DNA of 64,000 nucleotides from Candidatus Omnitrophota bacterium (GTDB lineage: Bacteria > Omnitrophota > Gorgyraeia > Zapsychrales > Fredricksoniimonadaceae): NCBI GenBank assembly GCA_015233675.1, contig JADFXH010000005.1:16964-80963 (forward strand), written 5' to 3'. The translations under genes were made by a program, and so were the position numbers. Numbering within the stretch: the first letter of the stretch is position 1; each line of letters starts with the position of its first letter. The notes beneath the pieces were generated by a model. It worked only from the letters and a program-made list of their open reading frames with translations. It did no database searches and was not told the DNA's origin. This document shows, piece by piece, positions 32,101-44,100 of this stretch.

Positions 32101-35100
32101 AATGGCTCAAATAGATAGAGCCCGGAATTATGATTCAGGAGGAGATGACGGTGAGCGCGAGAGCTTGTTTGAACAAGGCAGAAGGCATATTCTAGAAGCT
32201 GTAAATAAGGCTCCGGAAGATATTAAGAGTAAATTTCAAGACATATTAAAGTATGTAGATGCTCAAAAGCAAGTCTGGCTGCGTTTGGCGAAAGTAGATG
32301 AAATGAGCTTAGCTTCTATTAGGGAGGGGAGAGCAGGGATCAAAGAAGATATTGAAAAGGCCGAAACATTAGGTGAAAGTATAGTAGCTCTAAAATTAGC
32401 TGAGGCAAAACTTCTTTTGTTGGAGGCGAAGCATGAGGTGCGGGAAGGGAATCACGAAACAAGTGGGCAAAGAGCGATGGAAAGCAAAGAACTAGTAAAA
32501 GAACTTTTTGGACTTAACGAGAAGGGACAAGTGGGTCAGGATATAAAATCAGTAGGCAGGAGTCTTGCTATAGAGATAGGAGAACTTCTTGCCAGGCATT
32601 TTGTAGAGATGAAGCAAGAGGATGTTAATAAATTTATAGAGGATGCTATTGCTGAGAAAACTTTATCAGTACAAGACGCAATCAAGCTCCGCGGGCAAAT
32701 GGATATATATAGAGCAGCTGAAAAAATTAAGAGTGGTAATACGGTTGAGGCTAGGGATAAGGCTAGGCAGGAGGCTAAGGAAATACTGGAGAGGCTAATA
32801 GAGAGGCTGACGACGGCCGAAACAAATGCGTCGCTGGATAAGACTGACAGTCCTTCTAAGCCCAAAGAAGGAGAAACTGATGATTACGATAGACATTACA
32901 ATGAAGCCTTGAAACTTTTAGCAGAAATTTCGTTAGAGCGCATTAAAGTAGGGCCTCTTTCTATCAGGATTAAAAACAAGCTGGAGAAATTAAGAAATGA
33001 TTATGAGGACGTAGCCTTAGAATGGCTTACAGCCTCAAACGTTATTGACCCGGCGAAGGGAGAAAAATCTTTAGCTGAAACGTTGCAGTCGACCATGGCA
33101 CAGTTACTTTCTTGTTTGACTGAAGAACAACGCGAAGAACTTAGACATTCCCAGATCGCGGTTTCCTTAGAAACCAAAGCTTCTAGCGACCAGAAAAGAA
33201 TTATCACAGAAGCTAAAAAGTTTTTTGAAGGCAAGTTGGAAGGGGGAATCGAGGATTTAATAAATGCCTTAATAAAAGCAGGGAGAGATAAGTTAAAGAC
33301 GGGGGAAAGCAAGTTAAAGCCAGGGGCAGTAAAAAGACTGGGAAAAATCGTAGATAAGTTAATAGAAGAATTCAAAAATAGCATGTTAAACGAGGGAACA
33401 GCCCAAGAGACAGTGAACAAGGCCGGCAAAATAGCCCAGGAGGCTTTTAAAAGGTTGTATGTTAATGAGAATCTTCTTCATGAGAATGTACAAGGAAGTT
33501 TGTTTGCTTCTGACACGCTGGAAGATAATATTGCAACGATACTGGCTTTGTCCCGATATTTTTCTAAAGGGGAAGGGCAAGGCATATTAACTATTGTCAA
33601 GGGCATGTCTTCGGGCAAAAGCCATGCTATTAGAATTTTTCATGAGATTCTTTTGGACGCAGGGCATGAGTATGTAGCCCATGTTACTCCTGACGGATCA
33701 TCTGCAGAGACCTACAAAAAGGGCATGGAAGATAATGGAGCGGGAGAAAAAGTAAAAACTTTCAAAAGGGATGCAAATGAAACAATTGACATAGATGAGT
33801 TGAGAAAATTTGTTAATGATGGAAATGAAAGCAGGGGAAAAATTCTGCTTCTTACTGTCAAAGACCTTCTGCATATTGAACTGCAAAGGATTAAATCGAG
33901 AGGAAAAGATAGTCTTCTGGGAAAATATTTGATAACCGTTGATGAAATGCATAAAGCGCTGACCAGCGCTCCTTTGATAGAGGGCGATTCCCCGGATCTG
34001 GGACATGTGTTCTTAAGTTATTCAACGCGTCAGGAAAGAGAGCAATATCAAACACAGAAGTCAGTGACTCGTCAATTTATGGAGTCAGTGATGGAACTTT
34101 TAAAGAAATATGGTAATGACCCAAACAAGGTTGTTGGGATGGTCAATAGAGGCAATGAGTGGGACCGTCATAATCATAAATTTATAGAGAATAGAGAGGA
34201 AGGGATTGACAGGGGGGCAGAACTTAGGGCAATTTTTGAGAAAAAGTTGAAAGAAAAAGGAATAGGGGAAAACCCATTTAGCACAGAGCAAATGGCTGAG
34301 CTCACAAGAGAAGCGGCATGGGTTGTTCATGGTATTTATAGCGGGACGTTTGAGTACAGTTTTGAAAATGATGGCAAACTTATTGTCACACCGGTGGACA
34401 AGGAGAACTTGAACACGTTATTAACCGGTCAGGTTTACGGAGATATTAAAGGGTTTAACGCCCGTATGCGGGTGTTGATGGGATGGGCTGAGGCCAACGG
34501 CATTGATGTAAAACTGGAGCATTTTGTTGGATATGTCAATCATCGCCAGGGGCCGCAGGCAACAACCGCCAGTGCCTTTAATAATGGCAATGGATCGGTT
34601 ATGGGATTGACAGCTACCCTAGGCCCTGCGCTGGGGTCTTTATACGCTCAAGGCGGCAGTGTTGCCCAATTCTTTAAGGAATCAGGCCTGGAGCAAAGAT
34701 ATGTAACATACCGTATTTTTAAAGGCACGGATAAAGAGCAGATGGTGCAGGATATTTTGAAGCATTTTCAGAATTTGAAGGATAACGATCAGGGGGAACA
34801 TGTTTTTATTTTAAATCACAATAACGCATCTGTTAGGGAAGAAGTTTTACAGGATCCTCGGATTCAAGAGGCTCTAAAGGATTTAGGAATAGAGGTAAAA
34901 ATTGTTGATAGGGAAAAGATTAAAGGCGAGTTAAATTATTGGGCTATTAGTGAAAATGATTTTGGTGATAAGAAAGTTGGACAAAAAATCATTCAGGCAT
35001 TAAAAGATAAAAAATGGATTGTTGATGATGAAAAAGGCTCCATACGTGTAACGAAAAGTGTTGCAGAAGTTAAAGCTTATTTGGACGAGCAATTCTCTCC

Positions 35101-38100
35101 AGGTGATTTGGAAGGATTAGATCAGGCCTTGGAAAAGGCCACGGATACTCATAAGAACAGAAAAGTCGCTCTTTTAACAAGCATGGCTGAAGACGTGTCT
35201 CTGGATAGCATGGGGAAAATGGATCCGCGGCAAATCCGGCATACCCGTTATTCTGTAGATTCTCTAACAAGTATTCTTCAAGCATCAGGTCGTGGAGAAA
35301 CAAGAATTGGTTATGAAGCAGCTGCTACCCGCCGGTTTGGCCGTTTTGAAGTGGCCTGGAGCGCAAGTGAGTATAGGAACGATATGACCCCGGGAGAGAA
35401 GCTCTTGGCAGAAAAATTATTAGGCAGAAATTCAGAAGTCTCTTTTAGAAATGATGGGACCTTTTCAGAGGAAGATGTAATTAAAGTTTTCGGAACCACA
35501 GGTCTTAGCATGAAGGAGTTGGTCAAAAAAGGTTATTTTGTCAGGGTTAAAGGAGGAGAAGAGGAGGCAGAGAACCGTTATAGGATCAATCCGAGAAAAG
35601 TTGAAAAGGACATAAAAGGTTCGAAAGATGAGGTTCTTTCTAAAGCACTTCAAGACATTTTGGAAAAGTTCCATAACGGGATCAGCGGACAGGGCAACCA
35701 TGATGTTAAGAATTTTATGCAGATGATGATGTTTTCCAGATCCCGGGACAGTTATATACAGGGTGTCTATAATACCATGAGGGTCAATAGAAGTGGAAGT
35801 CAGGAGATGATCGACCGATTTTACAAGGACTTCACCAGTAGTCAACTCGCGGAAATGGCCACACGTGAAATGGCCAGAACGGGCAAGGATTTTGCTGTTT
35901 TATCCGGGTTTCACGGGGCTTACGGAATATTTAAATCAACAGGTAGGACTGAAGACCTTGATCACGGGATAAAACTTGTTGCTGTAAGAAGTATTGGCAA
36001 GATAAGAGCTGTGATTGATTCAACTGGATCACAGCTTGGCAAAGGTGAGACTTGGGACCTTGAAAGCGGGGCAATTTTTGAGAATAGAGAGTACGATAAA
36101 TATTTAAAAGATCAGTCAGCCGTCTCTTTTTCCACTATTAATCAAAAGGGAGTGATGATCAGGGGGTTTAAACCAAAATCGGATTTAAATGGCTATAATC
36201 CTAGCGGGGTTTATACCCAGCAGGGGTATACACCGGAGTATTTTGTTGGTGATACGGCCACATCTAAGCCCGGCAAATCGAAGGCAGGGACTCTTACTCA
36301 AGGAAGCCTTACTCAAAAGAACCGTAGGACCGTAGAAGTCATGGAAGAATTGGTTGAAGTTGTGAATGGTAAGCCTGTTGTCAGGACAATAAAGTCAAAA
36401 TATGAGATTGATACATCTACAGGTAATAGTTCTCAGCCCAGATTTGTTTCTGGAATATTTATGGATCCGGAGAAAAAAGGTTTAACGTTCAGCAGGGAAT
36501 ACTCGGATGATTTGGGCAAGTATCGCCTGGTTAAGAAGAGGGGAGCCAAAGGCCAAGAGGCGATTCGAGAGCTGTGGTTTGAGGGGCAATTGTTTAAGAT
36601 CGATCAGGAAGCCCGGGACAAAGAGGGAAGAATATTGGTTAAAGTTCGCAAGAATTGGGAAGCCACGGTGAGTGATTTCAGTCATCATCAGGTGATGCTT
36701 GAGATCACATTTGAATTAACGGATAAACTTAAGGAGATCAAACCCATAGAAGCCGTTATTTTAAACCAATTGCCGATCGTAACGCCTACCGGAACGATCA
36801 CCCATAATGACAAAGTGGAATTCCAGGAAAGTCCCAAAGGCCGTTTGATGCTATTCCGCGATGCTCACACCGGAAAAATCAAGAACATTGGTCACGAAAA
36901 TATGCTTTATGAAGCAGATACCCGTCGTAATTATGAAGCCAAGGAGAATATAAAATTAAAAATGCACGACGGACGTATGATTGATGTGTTAGCTACCACT
37001 CAACATGGCATCGACCCTCAAACCGGTGAATATAACAATCAATGGCGTGTCCTGCATAGCAGGGACAAAGGATTAGAAGCCATGGGATTGAAGGACGGAT
37101 ACTTGATGCACGCTGAAACCGGCGAGGTGCGTGAGAAAATGGAAGGCCCGATGGTGGGAAAGTATATTGATGCCCATTATATATCTGTGGGGGCAGATGG
37201 CGGGGCTACGTTGAAAATTCTTGACCCCGAAGATATGAAATGGGCCACTGAGTTAGGTCTTGCAGATCATTTAGGGAAAGATATAGCAGATTTACGTGCG
37301 AAGATAAATGAGATTAAAGAAAAAATAAGGCTAATGACAGAGAAACAGAAAGAGAGTAGCGAGGCAAATCCAGAGTCAACCGCCAAAATAAAAGAATTAG
37401 AAGATGAGTTGGCTTTAAAACGAAGTTCTTTGGATGCAGAAAAAGAAAATCTGCGAACAACGGGCATAAATCTTTCTGAAGGGCAGTTTAAAGAGGTAAC
37501 AGCGAGAATTAGACAAATTAATAGTGGCTGGCAAAAGATTGAACAAGGCTCCAAGGAGGTACGGAAAGAAGGCAAGGCAGATTCAACAAGAGATTTCGGC
37601 CTTATCATCGATGGCAAGAAAGAAATTCTTGCGGCGTCAGGGCTGAGAGAAGGCCATGCAACGAGCGTAGAAGACGGCAAGGATTGGGATTTTCGTGAGG
37701 TGGAAAAGGACGGAGCAAGGAAGATAGAGTTTAATACCAATGGTGACATGTATAAAAGGAACATGCAGTACAATGAGGACATGCAGTTGATAGCTCTTAT
37801 AAGTAATTCTTCAAGATTTAGCGATGCGGATATAAGAAATATATTTAGTGATACCACAAGACTTGCCAGTAAGTTTTTACGCGTTCAACTTGAGGCGTTC
37901 ATCACAGAGCGGAATAAACGGGGAGGGCAGAATGGTAAATTGGTAAGCAAGATCAAGATTTATCTTGATCCCAAGGTTGAAAAAGAACGAACCGCGGCTC
38001 TTACTGACAATACCAGTATTTCTTTTGGGGTTAGTACGTTCAAAGACATCTTCACGACCTTACCTACAGATGAAATCGGTATCACAACGCATGAATTTGT

Positions 38101-41100
38101 TCACCTTATGAGCCGTTTTTATGCAGATCATGGGATAGCAAAAATGGCCGGCGGACAAATTCGTTTTTCGAACAGTCATATCACGACCCTCTTTAGTCGG
38201 GCCAATCAGGGGGTTTATCACTATAACCGCGCGGTGGAAGAGTTAGTCACCCATGCCTTCGATGAGGCCCCTGAAAAATGGGATAATTTCAAGAGATTAT
38301 TGAAAACAGGGCAAAACAAAGAAGCTGATAAGGCGCTTGCAGATATGCTGACTACCTTAAGCCGCGGTGAGAGTATCGGCCTGGAAGATTTATTTAATTA
38401 TAACGAATTATTAAAGCATATTCAGGGAGAGTTGCCATTGCAGAGCATTAAAATCAAACCGTATTCGTTTGACAAGGAGAATAAACGCAAACATGTCAGT
38501 GATCAAGGTTGGATCGTGACGGTGGCATTTAAACGTGCAGGGGAATCAACCCCTGGAAAGGTTGATTTGGTAGTTGATAAAGCAACGGCGGATAGAATTA
38601 AAAAGGCCAAAAGAGTAATAGATAAAGAGGTTTTGATGGAGATTGTTCAAGCGAATCGCGATCTTCAGGAAAAGAATGTGGCGCTGGCAGGGGCGATGCT
38701 TTCTCTGGCCCAGAATCATGCTGGTAAGGAACAAGCCCGGCAATTATTAGAAGATGTTTATGCCTGGGGAGTGGGGGCATCCCGAGAAGAGCCGGTGATA
38801 ATTACGCAATTAAAAGCACAGGCCGGTAAAATTTATCATAAAAGCAATATTTCTGAAGCGGAAATCTTGCGTCTTTTGGCAGATATTTTTTCAGGTACAG
38901 CCCGGCAAAATGGCCAGGAAACCATCTTCACTAATAAGCTCAGCCAAAGGTCTTTAAGCATTAATAAAGAAGGTGAGTATACATTTAGTATCGGTTCCAG
39001 TGATAATCTAGCACGCATTGAGGACAGTATTTCAAAAATAGAAGATTATACAAAGTCTAAAGAAAAGGATATTCGTAAATTAAATAAGTCAGTCCAGGAA
39101 TTAGTGGAGAAAGCCCAAAGAGGAGAAATTGAAATAAGATTTGGGGATAGTCCTAAAGGTCGTGGTAGGGACGTGCGTGAGAGCTTATTAGAGGATCATC
39201 CACAAGAGCCTATTCAAATTACAATGTTTCGAGGCAAAGGAAGAAATCAGGGAAGATCAATTGTTTATGTATCTGCGATCGCCCAATATTTATTGGAAGG
39301 ATTTAATGTGGCTACAGCTTCTGCAGAATACAAGGGAGCCAGAGGTAAACACTTGGACGAGTGGGAACTTGCCCTGGCAGGTTTTAATACGCGTGCCCAT
39401 AACTTAAAACTTAAAAATATCGTGGACGTTTTGAATGCCGCTCCGGAAGGATTAAAATCCATGCCACCGGTGATGGTGTACACGGTTCAAGCCCTGATCC
39501 TGCAAGGCCTGATTAAGGAATCCGGCAATGAAACCGGCAATAAATATTATGAGTTGACCGATACTGGAAAGAAAACGGTACTGATAGCTAATGCCATGGA
39601 TGACTCCAATCGCCGTATTAGCGGTTTCCATGAATTTAACCATGCATTATATTGGTCAGATTCGCGTAACAGCCGGGAGGCCCGTGCTTTCTTTGAACAG
39701 TTGACGGAGCCGCAGAAGATCGCATTTTATGAGCATCTTAATGCGGGCCACTATGATCCGGCCTATGATGCAGACCTGCTTATCCGTGAATTTTTCGGGT
39801 ATATGCGCTCCATAGATTCTATTATGGACGATGAAGAGAATTTCAATAAAATTAAGGAGGCATTTGGCGGCGCCGAAGGGTTGGTTAAGGTACAAAATCA
39901 GGTTTTGGAATTAGAACAGGGATGGCTAGACCGGTTTAACGGGAAAAATGTTCCTCTTGCTGACTTTGCCCTAACATTGCAGAAGAAATTTGAGGTGCCT
40001 TTTGTTGAAACAGCTTTTGATGAACAGGAGAATCCTGTAAGAATTACCGGCTTTACTGTCGGGACAATCAGAAAGGATGGCACATTTGTACCGGAGTATC
40101 GTAGGGTTACCAAGGCCGATCATGACTTGATCAAAGCCGGAGATATCATTGCGGTAAGGCCGGAAAGTGAGCTGGAAGAGAATGGCGACTATTTAATGGA
40201 AGGAGTTAAAGACGATCTTATAGTAGAACCTAAAGCGGAATTTTTCCGTGAGCCTGAAACACAGCAATGGAGACTCTTTTCAAGTCAGGGCTTTAAAAAT
40301 AAGCAAATCGAAGATTTTCAAGAAACTCTCATCTATGAAAAAGGCAAGAGCGCTAAAACAGAAGGCGCACAGCCAATAGCTGTTCGTATTGATGGGAAAA
40401 AGATACCCATTGTTTATAAGGATGGGACCCCTCATGCAATAGATAGATTTAATTTTAAATTAAAAGTCAATGGCCAAACCGTCAATGCAAACATGCAGAA
40501 AGTTTGTAGGCTGGATCTGGAAAAAGGAACAATTGCATCTGTCAGCTTAATATTTTCTGAGGACCAAAAAGATGACCGCATTAATGCATTTGCAGGGACT
40601 AGGTATGAAGCAAAGGGTAGTTATGCTCTTATCTATCGTGATGGGAAGAGGCCTATTGCCATCCATTTACTTGATGGGATACACGAGATTGTTTATCAAA
40701 AACGAGGAGAGCTTCCTCAAGTAAGGATTGGCGTTAAGAAATCACTGGTCTTGGATGACGATGGCAAAGAGGCTCCTATGCAAGAAGTCTACAGCTTGGA
40801 TCTTGCAAAAAAAGGACAACCTTTAACTTTTAGTCACTTAATATTTTCTGAAACACCAAATATAAGGGATGGGGATTTTCAAGTGCAGAAAGGTGACTGG
40901 TATGAAAACAAAGGGACATATGCCCTTATCTCTCGTGAAGGGATTCCCCAAGCTCTTCATTTATCAGATGCCATACATGCTTTTGATAAAGAAGGCCGCT
41001 TCATAGAGAAAATACCGAAGTTTTTATCATACAAAGACAGGGATGGGAAAGAACATTTTGTCAGCGCAACGCAGATAAATACAGTTAATGCTGAAGGTAA

Positions 41101-44100
41101 AATTGAACAGCAGGTGAAATTTAGATTCAGCGGCCAGAATTGTATTTTAAATCCCCAGACAGGCTTGGTGCGCGATTCCGCAGGAAATCCATGGGCCGTT
41201 TATAAAGAAGGGATTTGGTCGTATATTCATCCGGAAGATAAAAGTTATATGCTTGATATAAGCCGGCATTTTGTTCCATTTGGTCTTCAAAAGGTCGAAT
41301 TACATGGAAAAGTCAATGATATGGGGGCCTTAGAAGATGAAACTTATACTGTAATTGGGTCAAAAGATATTTTGGATCAAATGAACTTTAATGGCACTAG
41401 CTCCCGTCGTCCCATTGAAAATGGCACGAGTGAGGAGAATGCCCCTGAGATTGTAGAGAATATTACTCCGCAAGAATTTAGCAGTGTTATTCGGGAAAGG
41501 CTGGGTAATCTGACACACTCCGATTCCGTACAAGCAGGAGTTCCACAGAGTGATCTGGCAGAGCTGGCAGAGAAGGCAAAAGAACAGCAGGCAGAGCTTG
41601 CAGATGAAGTGCGTAATTTTAGAGAAAAAGAAGTTTCGCTGGAGTTTGCTATCAAGGGTCAGGCGCCCGTCAAGGCCCCTATGCAGCAGGCTTTCAGGAT
41701 GAACCCTGCAACCGGCAAACAAGAGAGTATCTTGGTATTTCCTAGGAATCAGAAGATTGGGGATTTTCAAGTGTTGAAAGGTGACAGGTATGAAAATAAA
41801 GGAAACCTTCCTTTCATCTATCGCGGGGAGAAGCCTGTTGCGATTCATTTAGCAGACGGTATTCATGCTATTGATCAGGGCGGGCAGTTCACGGTTGAGA
41901 TTCCGGAATCCTTGAGGAATAACAATACAGGAGAGACTATTGCGGCAACCCGGACCTTTAAGGTTGATAGCTTGGGCAAAATTGAAGCTGTGGAAGTGCG
42001 GTTCAGCTTTAATGGAGAACAATATACGATAGAACCGACAGGAAGAGTGCTGGATTCCAAGGGCGATGATACTTATGTTATTTTAGGGGATAATGGCGTG
42101 ATGAGGTCTATTATTAAGGAAGAGACAGTCCCTCCTTCGTCCGCTACCGTACTGGGCGATGCCTTAACAGGTTTTGGGCTCAAAGATTTTGGGAATTGGG
42201 TTAACGCGCTTGCAAGTGACTCTGCCATGGCGTCCCGCAAAAGCAACAGGACAAAAAGTATGGCTCTTTTAGGGCTGGCTGTTGTTGGGGCTGGATGGTG
42301 GTTGGCGCGACCACCGGCCGTTGTCGTGAAGCATCAGCCCACACGAATAGTTAAGCGTCAATATAACAATCCCCTTAATGTCAAAGGGAGATATGACCTT
42401 GTTAGAAGAAGCGATTTTTGGGGGCTTCCCATGAATAAGAAGACATTGAACTCATTATTTGAGAATTTACAAAAGAATGGATATATCACCAAGAAAGATG
42501 GAATCAAAGATAAATTCAAACAGATTAAACGAGTAGAAGATTTTCAATTAGACAGCCAGTTCAATCAATTTAAAGAAGCAATTTATAAAATTATCAAAGA
42601 ACACGAAGGCGGCACTTGGGAAGGCCAGATTGGGAATAATTCCAACGGGATTTCTATTTTTGGTAAACTTGATGACGGGATTCTTGCAGGAATGCGCAAT
42701 CTTGAAAAACATTTTAAAGAGAATCCCCATCAAACACTCATAGAATATACAAGCCATTATACGGCTGATTTGCCGGGCCAGTTAGCTGAAGCGAAATTTA
42801 TAGCGGGGAGACTGAGGCTTCAGGGGGTGAAGATTCCTAAAGGGATAAATACAGAGCTTAAGGATATACCTTTAATGGATATGTACGTGCCTATGGCTCA
42901 AATGGAGTCAGGAAGGCACCTTTCAGTGAGTCGAATAGAAGCTGCGATCAAGAGAAGTCAAAACAAAACGGCCCAGAGACAGGAGCCTATGCACAGTCCA
43001 CGTTCTCCCTTAGGCATGGTTGCATTATTAGCATTAGCGTTGAGTGGGAAGAAAATATTGTCTAATGAAAAGAAGATGAGAGATAGGAACAACAGGCTCG
43101 ATCGTGCCATGAGCGCAATACCCGCAGAGAGTGCAACACTCCAATGGGCAAGACAGATGGCCGGCCGTGCAGCAAATGATGTCGGATCTTCAACCCATAT
43201 GTCTGCGGCTAGGGTAAGCCATACTTCGTTGGATGTGCAAGAGCCCGTCGATCTTAAATTCCAGCTTACGCATTATAAAGGCGACAGGGCGATGATTCCG
43301 TTGGATCTTTATCGTAATATCAATGGATATGACTTATTTGTGGCCAAGGCCCGTAATGATATTCCTCCGGATGATGATGACAGGGCTAATATGCGTTTGG
43401 TGAGAGATATGATCCGGGAGGTTTTTGTCAAGGCAGACTTGACATCTCCTGAGAAGATAATTGCTTACTTTGGGAAACAAGGCGTCGCTGATGAATTGCT
43501 CCAGAGCAAAGATCGCCAGCGTGACCTTGAACAGTTAATACAAGTGGCTTTAACGAGTGAAACAGGAGAGGTAACGGGAGATTACATACCTGCGGAAGAA
43601 ATTGTTCAACAGTCTGATAAGATGGTTGCTGATATTATGGGAGCCCAAGTTGAAGTATCCAAACCAGAGGCAAGCCAAGAAGTTAGCGAAGAAACGGTAA
43701 ATCCCGCACCAGCCGTGAAGGCTCCTGTTTCGGTCCGCCCTGCTTCGTTGAAGGTTCCGGCTTTTGCCGCAATGACAAAGTCGCAGACCGGAATGACAAA
43801 GGCTCAGAACAGAATGACAAAGCCTCAGACCAGAATGACACGTCCTTCTGCTGGGTCGGTATCTCCATCAGGGGATTTGCATGATATTTATAAATCTCTT
43901 ATAGGCAGGGAAATAAGTATTCCGCCGGCTGTTGACGGCCTTTTAAGGGAGACGGCCGCGGATAATTTGGATGCGTTTATGATTTTAGCTAAAGGCGGCA
44001 ATCATTTAGCCAGAGGGGATATAATACGCGGATATGTTTTAAATAACTATACTGATTTTGCCCTCCTTGTAGCCGCTTCAGAAGTTCGTAACAATTCAAA

